Assembly (NCBI GenBank): GCA_964587425.1
Contig: CAZPLB010000004.1
Coordinates: 3,197-67,196 of the forward strand
Direction of reading: 5' to 3'
Source: an uncultured Gammaproteobacteria bacterium
Lineage (GTDB): Bacteria > Patescibacteriota > Microgenomatia > UBA8517
DNA length: 64,000 nt
The position numbers were made by a program, and so were the translations under genes. Each line of letters opens with the position of its first letter. Within the stretch, counting starts at the first letter, position 1. The notes under the pieces are model-generated. The model had not been told where the DNA came from and did no database searches. It saw only the letters and a program-made list of their open reading frames with translations. Of this stretch, positions 48,613 through 58,175 are shown piece by piece.

Positions 48613-49406
48613 TTTTCAATAATAACTTGAGAAACTATAAAGATCAAAATACTCATGAGAACAATTGTCCCTCCTGGGGCAAGATTAAAGTAAAAGGATA
48701 AAATAATTCCAGAGATTACTGAAAAAGTTGAAATAGCTTGGGCAATCAAGATTGTTGGGAAAAAGGATTTTTTGAATTGCAAGGCGGCGATTGTCGGAAT
48801 AACTAGAAGTGCAGAAATAAGCAAAATTCCTACAACTGGAATGGCAAGGGAAATTGTGACTGCCGCAAGAATTATAAAGATTGTATTTATTGTATTAACA
48901 GGGATTCCAGAAACCCTTGCTGAATCTTCATCAAAAGTTATAAACAGAAGTTCATTATAAATAACTGCAAGGATTGATAAAACAATTACTCCTAAAATTG
49001 AAACTGTGTAAATATCACTTGTTGTAACTGTGGCGATGCTCCCGAATAAATAATTAAAGAGTGTGGTATTAAATCCATGGGAGAGACCGATTAAAATTAC
49101 AGCTATGGCAAGACTTCCCGACAGAAAAAGCGCTAAGGCACTTTCTCCATAAACCTTTCTCGAAAGCCTTAGTTTATCGATTAAGACAGATGAAACAGTT
49201 GTTGCGCCAATGGCTGTAAAAAGTGGATTTATTCCGAGGAGAAGTCCTAATGCAATTCCTGCCAAAGAAACATGAGATAACGTATCGGCAATTAGGGAAT
49301 ATCTCCTTAAAACCAAGAATACTCCAATAGCTGGTGCGACAACGGCAATTACAAGTCCTGCAATAAGACCCCTAACAACAAAATCATATTGAAATAGATT
49401 AATCAT
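48609..49406 (-). CDS. znuB: Zn/Mn ABC transporter permease
   Basis: GVFLVLRR.SLIADTLSH, YLFGSI, VGILLISALL.IP, PGGTIV. Confidence 0.9.
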   Translation of the reverse strand: MINLFQYDFVVRGLIAGLVIAVVAPAIGVFLVLRRYSLIADTLSHVSLAGIALGLLLGINPLFTAIGATTVSSVLIDKLRLSRKVYGESALALFLSGSLAIAVILIGLSHGFNTTLFNYLFGSIATVTTSDIYTVSILGVIVLSILAVIYNELLFITFDEDSARVSGIPVNTINTIFIILAAVTISLAIPVVGILLISALLVIPTIAALQFKKSFFPTILIAQAISTFSVISGIILSFYFNLAPGGTIVLMSILIFIVSQVIIEK

Positions 49407-50133
49407 GTTTATGATGAGAGATAAATTTTATACCTCGTTCTTCTTTAATAAATTCTTGTGATGGTCCGTAAAAGACAAGTTCTCTATTGATAGCTACAAT
49501 TTCGGTAACCTCTTTAGTGATTACATCGACATCGTGAGAAATTAAAACAAGAGTGATTTCTAAATCTTGATTTAATTTTTTAAGGATTTTATAAAATTGT
49601 TCCTGAGAATCCTGATCCACCCCACTTGTCGGTTCATCCAAAAAAATAATTTCTGGCTCTTGAGCGAGGGCTCTTGCAATAAAAACTTTCTGTTGTTGTC
49701 CGCCAGATAAATCTCCAATTAATCTGTCTTTAAACTCAGACATACCAACCTTTTCAATTACATCAGAAATTAAAGTTTTATCTTCTTTTGTAAGTCCTTT
49801 GAAGAGCCCTGTTGCAGAATATCTTCCCATTGAAACAACGTCCCAGACGGTTGCCGGAAACTTTTGGTCAAAGTCAGTCGCCTTTTGCCCAACATAAGCA
49901 ATTCGCTTACTAAAAACATTAATTGATCCCTCTTGCGGTTTAATAAGACCAAGGATCAATTTGATAAGCGTACTTTTACCCCCTCCGTTTGGCCCAACAA
50001 CTCCTAAATAGTCACCTTTATGTATGTTTAGATTTATATTCTTAAGTACTGGTGTTTCCGAAAAATAGGAGTAAGAAAGATCTTTAATCTCAATTATATT
50101 TTTTGTATGGTCCGTATTTACTGCCATAATCAT
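49399..50133 (-). CDS. znuC: Zn/Mn ABC transporter ATP-binding protein
   Basis: GPNGGGKST, LSGGQQQ, LDEPT, ISHD. Confidence 0.9.
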   Translation of the reverse strand: MIMAVNTDHTKNIIEIKDLSYSYFSETPVLKNINLNIHKGDYLGVVGPNGGGKSTLIKLILGLIKPQEGSINVFSKRIAYVGQKATDFDQKFPATVWDVVSMGRYSATGLFKGLTKEDKTLISDVIEKVGMSEFKDRLIGDLSGGQQQKVFIARALAQEPEIIFLDEPTSGVDQDSQEQFYKILKKLNQDLEITLVLISHDVDVITKEVTEIVAINRELVFYGPSQEFIKEERGIKFISHHKHD

Positions 50134-51044
50134 TTACACTCTAGTGCAATTCGTAAATTTTGAAGATTATTATTCATGACAGTCAAATAGTTTTTGCCAG
50201 AGGTAATTTCTTCAGGTGTTAATCCTTCAATAGGGTTTAATTCTATTGCTTGTGCTCCAGTTTCTTTGGCTAAAGTTTGAGCAAGTTTAGGGCTTACAAG
50301 GCTTTCAAAGAAAATGTATTTAATTCCATTTTTCTTTACGTAGTCCGCCAATTCACCAAGTCGTTTTAAAGAAGGTTCCTCGTCAGGCGAAAGACCAGTT
50401 ATGGTTAATTGATTAAACCCGTAGTCTTTTGCTAAGTATCCAAAAGCTGCATGAGAAGTGACAATATCTTTTCTTCCGCAGACATCCAGACCTTTCTTGT
50501 AGCTCCCATCTAGACCATCAAGATCTTTGAGTAGTTTATCAGTATTTTTAGAATAGTAATCTTTATTTGAAGGATCTATCTGAATCAACTCTTTAAGAAT
50601 TGCATTGACTTGAACTTTTGCTCGTGTTGGGCTTAACCAGATATGAGGATCGGTTGCGGTTTGACCTTCCTCATCTGTAACCTTTTGTGTAAACAGTCCT
50701 GTGCCTGCAATTAATATTTTTATATCTTTATCTTTCAAATCTGTTTGAATTTTCGCCCCCCAAGGTTCTACTTCTCCATTCAGAATCAACAGTTTACTTG
50801 AATTAATTAACACCAAATCTCCAGAGGTTAGTTCATAATCATGAGGTTCTGCCCCAGCAGGAGTGATGTTTGTTACATGAACTTTATCTTTACCGATTTC
50901 TGATGCAAAAAAGTAGTGGGGATAAAACGATGCTGTTATTTGTAACCTCTCACTTGTTGGAGTCTTTGTGTTATTTTTAATCCCAAAATACAGTCCTATC
51001 CCAATAAGTAACGATATAAATAGTAAAGTTGATGTTTTTTTCAT
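50130..51044 (-). CDS. znuA: Zn ABC transporter substrate-binding protein (AdcA/ZnuA)
   Basis: EPHDYE, DPHIWLSP, SHAAFGY, EPS; start ATG 51044 overlaps the fur stop. Confidence 0.9.
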   Translation of the reverse strand: MKKTSTLLFISLLIGIGLYFGIKNNTKTPTSERLQITASFYPHYFFASEIGKDKVHVTNITPAGAEPHDYELTSGDLVLINSSKLLILNGEVEPWGAKIQTDLKDKDIKILIAGTGLFTQKVTDEEGQTATDPHIWLSPTRAKVQVNAILKELIQIDPSNKDYYSKNTDKLLKDLDGLDGSYKKGLDVCGRKDIVTSHAAFGYLAKDYGFNQLTITGLSPDEEPSLKRLGELADYVKKNGIKYIFFESLVSPKLAQTLAKETGAQAIELNPIEGLTPEEITSGKNYLTVMNNNLQNLRIALECK

Positions 51045-51442
51045 TGACAATTATGACAATATCCAAAAAATTCTAGGTTATGTTTCAATATTTTGAATTT
51101 ATTGACACTCGAAATAAATTTCTCCTCATTTAAAAGAGCTTCTTTTAAAACCACATCTTCAACCTCATGGCAATTGACACAAACCAAGTGATGATGATGC
51201 CCCAAACTTGAAAGTTCATATCTTTTATTTCTGTCACCGAAATTAACTTCATTAAGATACCCTGCATTTAAAAGAGTATCTATTTCTCGATATATAGTTG
51301 TTTTGTTTGCTTTTATTTTTGAAAGAAATTCAGTAGGGGTTAAAGGTTTGGTAGAGGACTGCAACATTCCAATAATTTGTTTTCGAACTGAAGTTATCTT
51401 TAACCCAGATTTTTTTAGATCATCAACTATTTTATCTTGCAT
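51041..51442 (-). CDS. Fur-family metalloregulator (probable Zur)
   Basis: TTIYR, HHHHLVCVNC, GYCHNC; true start ATG 51442. Confidence 0.9.
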   Translation of the reverse strand: MQDKIVDDLKKSGLKITSVRKQIIGMLQSSTKPLTPTEFLSKIKANKTTIYREIDTLLNAGYLNEVNFGDRNKRYELSSLGHHHHLVCVNCHEVEDVVLKEALLNEEKFISSVNKFKILKHNLEFFGYCHNCQ

Positions 51443-51478
51443 GACGCTATCATAACGCAACTTAGTTGCAGTTGTCAA
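51443..51478 (-). promoter_or_regulatory. Leaderless sigma70 promoter with a Fur-family-like operator in the spacer
   Basis: TTGACA-18-TATGAT-6-ATG; palindrome GCAACT-N-AGTTGC (51457-51469) between -35 and -10. Confidence 0.75.
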
Positions 51479-51494
51479 TACGACGATCTAATAA

Positions 51495-52646
51495 TCAATC
51501 ATTCTTAGCATCAACTATGAAGCTTGCTCTATTAAATAATTCATCGAATGTTAAGATATCGATTCCATGTAATGATTTTCGAAATCTTTGAAAAGTTTCT
51601 CTTTTACTTCTGGTATCGAGTTGAGATAACTGGCCAATTACCACAACTCCTTTAGGCTGTATTGTAAATACATTATCTTTTTCTAATTTATCAATGTTCT
51701 CTGGAAATCTTGATCCTTGTTTATCCCAAGTATCAACATTAACTTGTATTTGAGTTAGGGCATCCGTTAGTTGTTTTGAAAGACTCCACGCCCCTGATCT
51801 AATCTCCTTTTCACCTTGGAGTAGTTGAGTATCTGGAGTTTTTATTTCGACTAAAACTGTAAAACTTAAATCTCCAACAGTGGATGTTAGATAATCTCCT
51901 TTTTGTCCTCCTCTTCCGTCAACTTTTGTGCCTCCATAATTTGGTTGATTTTGTTCTTGTCGCAAAATTTGATAATTTAGTCCGTAACCAAATATCCATT
52001 TATTTGACTCAAAAAAATCTTGCCACCATTTTTCATCTGTTGACTGTGTTTTAATTGATGTGTCAAACAATGTAAGCTTTTCTTTTCTCTTTAAGATTTG
52101 ATTTATGTCGTCTTCTGATAGTGAAATACCATTTATTAAAGATAGTTGTTTGATAATACTCAGCACACTCTCAATACCACGCCCTCTAATGGCTTTGACT
52201 ATCTCGCTCTCGGCTTGGGTTACCAAAGAAAAACTTTCTCTAGGAATTTCAATTTGTGTTAGGGAGGTTAAAAATGAGATAAGTTTCCAAAAGTTATCGT
52301 GGCATTCTTCTAGGTTGACACTCGCTTTAATCATGCGGTCCTTCGCCTCGGTCATGTTTACCGATTCTTCAATAATTTTCCCGGTCACGTTTCTAACTGA
52401 TACAGAGATTCGAGGCGTAAATTTTTCATCTTTTTTTATTAATACAACCTTACAAATGTAATCAACTTTGTCTTTCTTATTTAAAATAAACTGTTTAATC
52501 AATTTATTATCTTTTTTGCTGAAAAAATAATGGAAATTGTTTTCGGGAGTGGGATGGATTTCTAAATCGTCAAATGAGTCTTTGCCAACTATAAAGCTGT
52601 CATTGTTTACCTGAATCCATTTGTCATAATCAACAGTCTTTAACAT
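51495..52646 (-). CDS. sduA: Shedu anti-phage nuclease (DUF4263)
   Basis: WQDFFE.NKWIFG, GD(Y)L...VEIKTP, ALTQ, VIG, FQRFR..L..IDILTFDEL..RA. Confidence 0.85.
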   Translation of the reverse strand: MLKTVDYDKWIQVNNDSFIVGKDSFDDLEIHPTPENNFHYFFSKKDNKLIKQFILNKKDKVDYICKVVLIKKDEKFTPRISVSVRNVTGKIIEESVNMTEAKDRMIKASVNLEECHDNFWKLISFLTSLTQIEIPRESFSLVTQAESEIVKAIRGRGIESVLSIIKQLSLINGISLSEDDINQILKRKEKLTLFDTSIKTQSTDEKWWQDFFESNKWIFGYGLNYQILRQEQNQPNYGGTKVDGRGGQKGDYLTSTVGDLSFTVLVEIKTPDTQLLQGEKEIRSGAWSLSKQLTDALTQIQVNVDTWDKQGSRFPENIDKLEKDNVFTIQPKGVVVIGQLSQLDTRSKRETFQRFRKSLHGIDILTFDELFNRASFIVDAKND

Positions 52647-52703
52647 ATATTTTACTGCTTGTATTATCCTCCAAGCCTAAATCAAAAACAATCTGCTTGA
52701 AGT

Positions 52704-53990
52704 TTAATGAGCTCTGAGAGAAGTAATATTTCGGTTCTTGATAAATAGTGGGAAATTAAAAATGTTAAATAGCTCACGTTTTTCCTCTGTGTTTTTGTTT
52801 GTTAAAACATATCTCGCATAATCTCTTATGTCCCACAGTTTCGAATTTGGATTAACATCTTGCTGAAGAAAGATTGCTTCTCTCATATTCTTAAACTCCT
52901 CGAGTCCTTTTTGAATTTTATCTGTCAGTACTAACTCATGAGAATGAGCTATATACATAAAGTTTATGAGTTTTAGTAAACTTCTTTCTAATTCTTCTTC
53001 CGACACATAAGGTTCTCTGCAATCGTAATCAATTTGGCGGGAACAGTGATAATAAACATGGTATCTCGGCTCTTTTCTTAATCTTTCTCTGTATCTGTCT
53101 TCTCCAACAATGCTTGCCTTGCAATTAGCACATTTCAGAAGTCCTTTATAAGTGAATGTTTTTGATCCCCATTTAGCTTTTGTTGGTACTATTAATTTTT
53201 CTTGAACTTTATCAAACATTTCTTTTGTGATTAACGGAGGATATGAACCCTTATACCAATTGCCACTTTTTATCGGATATTCAAATTCACCATAATAAAA
53301 TGGATTTTTTAGCATTAAATAAACCTGACTCAAGGTAATTAGTTGCCCAGATTTATTTGTAAGGCTCACTTCATCTAGCCATTTTTTAATCTTTCTTCCG
53401 CTAGATTTTTCCTTAATAAATTTTGTGAACATTTGCGTAATAATAGGTCCTCTTTCCGAATCAAGAATCACGTCTTTTATCCCATTAAAAGATCTATTCA
53501 TATATCCAATTGGAGTAGGACCAGGTCTAAATCCCATTTCGCATTTTGCTCTAATTCCTCGTTTTACATTTATACCTTTTTGGTCATTTTCTAGTTTTGC
53601 TTGGGAGCAGAGAATCATAAGTAAAAACTTCTCGTTGGGGTTATTGGAAAACATTTGTGAAAATGTCCTTATTTGCAAGAGTTTCCCCTGATCCATCAGA
53701 TCCACTAAATTCCCCAAATCTCCAGCGTTACGTGATAACCTGTCAGGTGCCCAAGTTAAGATCCCATTAAACCTTTTTTCTCTAATATCACTAAGGAGTT
53801 TCATAAACATTGGCCTCTGTCCTGAATCTTTTGCAGAATGGCTCTCCTGAAGTACCTCAACAACATTTAAGCCCTCTTTTGTTGCGAGAGCTCCCATTTC
53901 CTTTATCTGACTATCAATGCTCATGGTTTGGCGTTCATCGCTCTCTGAAGATTTCCTAGCATATAAACAGTAATTAATTTGAGGCTCCAT
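52704..53990 (-). CDS. Large serine recombinase (resolvase + recombinase + Zn ribbon)
   Basis: YARKSSE (catalytic Ser), SAK..GQRP.F, DRLSRN, P.GY, L.NPFY.G, CANC...YYHC; start ATG 53990. Confidence 0.93.
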   Translation of the reverse strand: MEPQINYCLYARKSSESDERQTMSIDSQIKEMGALATKEGLNVVEVLQESHSAKDSGQRPMFMKLLSDIREKRFNGILTWAPDRLSRNAGDLGNLVDLMDQGKLLQIRTFSQMFSNNPNEKFLLMILCSQAKLENDQKGINVKRGIRAKCEMGFRPGPTPIGYMNRSFNGIKDVILDSERGPIITQMFTKFIKEKSSGRKIKKWLDEVSLTNKSGQLITLSQVYLMLKNPFYYGEFEYPIKSGNWYKGSYPPLITKEMFDKVQEKLIVPTKAKWGSKTFTYKGLLKCANCKASIVGEDRYRERLRKEPRYHVYYHCSRQIDYDCREPYVSEEELERSLLKLINFMYIAHSHELVLTDKIQKGLEEFKNMREAIFLQQDVNPNSKLWDIRDYARYVLTNKNTEEKRELFNIFNFPLFIKNRNITSLRAH

Positions 53991-54031
53991 ACAGGTACAA
54001 GGTACCGCAACGGTTTGTGAAGTCCAGACGT

Positions 54032-54064
54032 AAAAACAGGAAGGTGTTTTATTCCTTCCTGTTT
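54032..54064 (-). terminator. Hairpin terminator between the OB-fold gene and the recombinase
   Basis: AAACAGGAAGG-9 nt-CCTTCCTGTTT; ends in a T run on the minus strand. Confidence 0.6.
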
Positions 54065-54079
54065 CTAACTTTAGCAACT

Positions 54080-54508
54080 TTATTTAACAATCTCACAGTC
54101 GCTGACGTCAATTACTCCGATTGTTTGTTTACCTACAATTCCTTGTACAGTAACTGTTTGACCGTTCTTTATCGTCAATAGCTGTTGTTTGTCTTTAATC
54201 CTACAGCTTATCTGCACTAAGGAAAAATCCTTTGATCCAATATTGGCAAAGGAAATACCTGAGTCGGTAATATTTGTAACCTTTGCAGAAAACTCAACAA
54301 GTTTACCTTTCCATGTTGCCTCAGCCGCCACTTGATTGGCGTCAAAATCATCTGCTAGTTTATCCACGCTTATTTTTTCAGCTACAGGAGCCGGAGTAGG
54401 TGAGGATGATGAAGAAGTCTTGCTTCCTCCCTTACCGCTTCCACCAACTATTCCAATTACTATTAGCCCTAAAATGATAAACCCAACAATTTTTAAAAAT
54501 TTTTTCAA
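54080..54508 (-). CDS. Membrane-anchored tRNA_anti-like OB-fold protein
   Basis: N-terminal TM, Ser linker, L..DF..N.VAA...KGK.V...V..I, GQTVTVQG; SD GGGGGTGA. Confidence 0.75.
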   Translation of the reverse strand: MKKFLKIVGFIILGLIVIGIVGGSGKGGSKTSSSSSPTPAPVAEKISVDKLADDFDANQVAAEATWKGKLVEFSAKVTNITDSGISFANIGSKDFSLVQISCRIKDKQQLLTIKNGQTVTVQGIVGKQTIGVIDVSDCEIVK

Positions 54509-54639
54509 TTTACTTCACCCCCTTTCCCTTCATTAACTGAATGATGCGCGAAATATGGCATAAAGTCAAGCGTATTCTGAGGCTATTTGCTCGCTTCTAG
54601 CTAGTAGATTGATAACTCTTGGCTATCAATAATATCAGT

Positions 54640-54855
54640 ATGATAAGAAGCACTAAACAAACCAAAGAGAGGCTGGGAAGCAAAATTCAGAAACTTAGAA
54701 AATCTTTTGACTTATCGCAAGAAGCGTTGGCATCAAAATTGGGTATCAGTAGAACTCATATGGGTCATATTGAGCAAGGAAGAAAATCGCCTTCTCTTAA
54801 ACTTCTTACCAAAATTTCAAAAGAACTTAAAAAGGACATTTCGGATCTCTTCTAA
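54640..54855 (+). CDS. XRE-family HTH regulator (R-M controller C-protein-like)
   Basis: G.KIQKLR...LSQE.LA..GISRTHMG.IEQG..SPSL. Confidence 0.88.
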   Translation: MIRSTKQTKERLGSKIQKLRKSFDLSQEALASKLGISRTHMGHIEQGRKSPSLKLLTKISKELKKDISDLF

Positions 54856-56375
54856 AACTTTGTATCCATTGTTATTGGTCCATGGTTGAATTCACGATCA
54901 TTGTATAAACCACCCGTTACAGGTGATCCACCAAAGATAAACATTTCAAACTCCGGTCTGCTGTCTTCCTCGATAATTTTTAAGAGCAGTAATGAAAAAG
55001 CATCTGCCAAATCATCATGCCTTTCGATGCCAAATCCAGTTAGTTGATTAATAAGTGTTTCTGCACCGTGCCTTGGGAACCAAACCTTACCCTGTTTAAT
55101 TATGTGGGTAACAATTGCAAGTCTTGTTCTTTTGTCTTGGCCTTTTGGACTCACACCTTCGACAGGGATATATTTAGAAGAAAGATGATCAATAAATGAT
55201 TGTTGGTAACCGACATTTTCAACAAATAACTTTGTCTGTTCGCCATGAACCACAGTTTTTGATAACGAAATTGCTGTCTCAACAGTTGTTGGAAAATCCA
55301 TCCTTTTATTTATTGGGTTAGGTAAAATATACACCGCCAAATCTTCACCTCGACCAAACATATATGCAGTGACCATTGCAGTACAGTCTGCTGATTCTCT
55401 TAAGGAAATTGCCAAATCAATTCCAATTCCAGCAAATTCGAAATTATCCGAATCTGGAGACGGAAGGTCGTCGTAATATTGTATCCATTCAGATTTAACT
55501 AATCTATCTTCATCAGAAATAATTTTAAGTAAATATTCTCTATAAAAGGCTGACTCTTGGGAGAAATTCTTTTTCAATTTTTCAACATCTTCAATTGTTG
55601 GGTATTTGGCAGGCCATAAAATATCATTTTTATCGTCAATCAGAGGGTAAGCCAAAAACTTACCATTCAACTTTTGGTCTTCTATCAATTTTCTAAACCT
55701 CATAATTAAACTGTCTTCGTGAAGTAAATTGCCGACAACCAAAATTTTTGTATTTTTATCTCCGACTGGAATAATTTCGGCATTAAACCAAGTGAAAGTT
55801 TTATCTCTACCTTCCTTTGTCTTAACACTATTAATGTCTTCTATGTCATCGCAAATAATTAAATCCGGCCTATACTGCCCATGTCTAACTCCGCGTATGC
55901 TTTGTTCGGTTGAAACGGCTGCAATTCGGGTACCAAATTTTGGAATAACTATTGAATTCGACCCCCATTCATCATTTGGCGATTCGAATGGGCCAATATC
56001 AGCTTTGAGTAAATCATTATTTTCAAGCTCCTGTTTAATATTTTCCAAATGCAATTTGGCTTGAGCTTGAGTTTGACAAACAATAAGAATAAATTTTTTC
56101 TGCTGGATTCCTATTATTGACCAGATCACATATGAAAGTGTTACCAATGTTGATTTTGCTGATCCACGAAAAGCGACAAGGACTGCAAACGCTATATCCT
56201 CTTCAGTAAGTTCAAATATTTCATGATGAAAAGGAGCAAACTCGCAGGAAATATAATGCGAAAGATAAAGTGTAAAAAACCAATAATGATTTTTTCTAGC
56301 CAAAGCCCGTCTTATTTTTCTATCCTTTCTGATTTTTTCTAATTCTTCTGGGCCTAGTTGGGGATAATAAATCAT
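54852..56375 (-). CDS. terL: Phage terminase large subunit
   Basis: Walker A FRGSAKS, RG.R...RPDLIICDDIE Walker B, RNase H-like GIDLA..D.TA, HDDLADA. Confidence 0.9.
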   Translation of the reverse strand: MIYYPQLGPEELEKIRKDRKIRRALARKNHYWFFTLYLSHYISCEFAPFHHEIFELTEEDIAFAVLVAFRGSAKSTLVTLSYVIWSIIGIQQKKFILIVCQTQAQAKLHLENIKQELENNDLLKADIGPFESPNDEWGSNSIVIPKFGTRIAAVSTEQSIRGVRHGQYRPDLIICDDIEDINSVKTKEGRDKTFTWFNAEIIPVGDKNTKILVVGNLLHEDSLIMRFRKLIEDQKLNGKFLAYPLIDDKNDILWPAKYPTIEDVEKLKKNFSQESAFYREYLLKIISDEDRLVKSEWIQYYDDLPSPDSDNFEFAGIGIDLAISLRESADCTAMVTAYMFGRGEDLAVYILPNPINKRMDFPTTVETAISLSKTVVHGEQTKLFVENVGYQQSFIDHLSSKYIPVEGVSPKGQDKRTRLAIVTHIIKQGKVWFPRHGAETLINQLTGFGIERHDDLADAFSLLLLKIIEEDSRPEFEMFIFGGSPVTGGLYNDREFNHGPITMDTKF

Positions 56376-56803
56376 TTTTGTTCCTCCATTTCTTCTTTTT
56401 GCATTGCTGGTATCAGTGAAGCTAATTGCAGAGCTTTTGTCACCAATGCTTCTTGTTCCGGAGTTAAGGTTTCATTTTGATTTTTCAGATTGGCTGTAAC
56501 CTCAACTTTAGTAGCATATGCAGAATGATGATGTTTTAACCAAAAAATAATTGCAGTCATATTTTGATCTTTGATTGCAGAAAGGAGCTGGCTCTCTGCC
56601 ATGTCATTAACCAAAGCTGCACCTTCATTCAGGGCAATATCCGTTTCCTTAGAAAACTTTTCATCATTTATTCTCCACCTGTAATATGTAGCTCTTGCGA
56701 TTCCAATTTTTCTGCAAACAACCTCCACAACTGGTGTCTCTTTTAATTTATCCAACAATTCTTTCTTTAATGCAGTTTGCCTTTTAGTAATTAAGTTTTT
56801 CAT
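56372..56803 (-). CDS. HTH protein, putative terminase small subunit (phBC6A51-like HTH)
   Basis: CRKIGIARATYYRW...D..F, AESQL, AIIFWLK; ATGA-coupled to both MTase and TerL. Confidence 0.7.
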   Translation of the reverse strand: MKNLITKRQTALKKELLDKLKETPVVEVVCRKIGIARATYYRWRINDEKFSKETDIALNEGAALVNDMAESQLLSAIKDQNMTAIIFWLKHHHSAYATKVEVTANLKNQNETLTPEQEALVTKALQLASLIPAMQKEEMEEQK

Positions 56804-58125
56804 TGTATTTTTATAGCTTTTTGCCCCGTCAAGTTCTCCCATCTCTTCTTGATAACTTCCGCGTAAACTGGTGACTTTTCCATTAAGTAGCATCGCCTTT
56901 TCATTTTCGTTGCAGCAATTAAAGTGGATCCACTTCCTCCGAAAGGTTCAATTATTAAATCATTTCTCTTAGTCAAAACTTTTATATAGGGGATAAGTAT
57001 TTCTATTGGTTTGGTTCCAAAAATTATTCCCTGACCTGAAGACTTTTCATCAGAAGCCTTATATTCAATAAAATCAGTCGGGCAATACTTATTACCTTTC
57101 TTATAACTTTCCCAAGTCGGTTTACCAGAAGTTGCAAAAAGTGCGGTTTCATATTCTTCTTGGAGAAGTGGTTCGTTCTCGTGATTAACATTTAGAGTTA
57201 CTTCACCTGATGTCCCAACCATTGCAAAATCATATTTATTAAAAAACTTATATTTTGCCGCAAAGCCCTGCATCCTGTTTGGTAAGTGCCAAATAACTGT
57301 GTTTCTGTATTTCCAATGCTTCTCCAGTTCGTTCCAAATAGTTCTTAGATTTTTGGGATTTTCATAAACGATAATTGAAAAATCTGGTTTTTGAATCTTG
57401 GAAACACTGGCCATCCATTTTTCTGTGAAATCTGGTGGTAAAACATCTGTTTCTAAATATCTGCGGTCTCTCTTTGCTCCAAAACCTGTGATAGCTCCTT
57501 TATGTTTCTTCTTTCCTCGAAGGTAATCTAAAATGTAAGGCGGGTCTGTAAAACACATGTCCGCTTTTTCTCCACTCATGAGTTTTAACACATCTTCTTC
57601 AATCGTTGAATCTCCACACATTAATCGACTATTTCCTAATAGATAGATGTCTCCTTTTTGAGTTTCAACGTTTGTGATGTTCATCCTCTGAAGTTCCTTT
57701 TGAAGATCAAAAGTTTCTGGGTTTACATCAATATCAAAAATATTATCTATCTCTTCAGAAGAAAAGCCTGCGCTTGAAAGGAAAATCTCATCCAAATCTG
57801 CCAATAAATCCATATCCCAATCTCCTACGTTTTTGTTCGATCGAATATTGTATTCCGCAAATTCATCTTTTGTAAGTTTCCTGTTTGGAATTCTTATGTC
57901 TATTTCTTCTTCGCCTCTGCCTAAGAGAATCATTACCTTCACCCTCTGATGCCCGGCCACAATCTTATTGTCAGTATCGATAGCTGGGATTTCGGCTAAA
58001 TTAAATTTAATCAAGCTGTCCTTTAACTTGTTAGCCTGGTCCTCTGACAATTTGCGTGGATTTAATTCATACGGAATCAAATCTTTTACCTTACGTTTTT
58101 CTGTATGCCAAGATAAATTAGTCAT
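56800..58125 (-). CDS. ParB-like N-terminal domain + beta-class N6/N4 DNA methyltransferase
   Basis: PYELNPR..IVAGHQR (ParB/Srx); LMCGDS, FTDPPY (motif IV), KP, EPFGGSGSTLIA (motif I). Confidence 0.9.
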   Translation of the reverse strand: MTNLSWHTEKRKVKDLIPYELNPRKLSEDQANKLKDSLIKFNLAEIPAIDTDNKIVAGHQRVKVMILLGRGEEEIDIRIPNRKLTKDEFAEYNIRSNKNVGDWDMDLLADLDEIFLSSAGFSSEEIDNIFDIDVNPETFDLQKELQRMNITNVETQKGDIYLLGNSRLMCGDSTIEEDVLKLMSGEKADMCFTDPPYILDYLRGKKKHKGAITGFGAKRDRRYLETDVLPPDFTEKWMASVSKIQKPDFSIIVYENPKNLRTIWNELEKHWKYRNTVIWHLPNRMQGFAAKYKFFNKYDFAMVGTSGEVTLNVNHENEPLLQEEYETALFATSGKPTWESYKKGNKYCPTDFIEYKASDEKSSGQGIIFGTKPIEILIPYIKVLTKRNDLIIEPFGGSGSTLIAATKMKRRCYLMEKSPVYAEVIKKRWENLTGQKAIKIQ

Positions 58126-58175
58126 AAGGGGATTGTCTACTATTGCTCAAGATTTGTATAAGGCGCCAATTCAGC

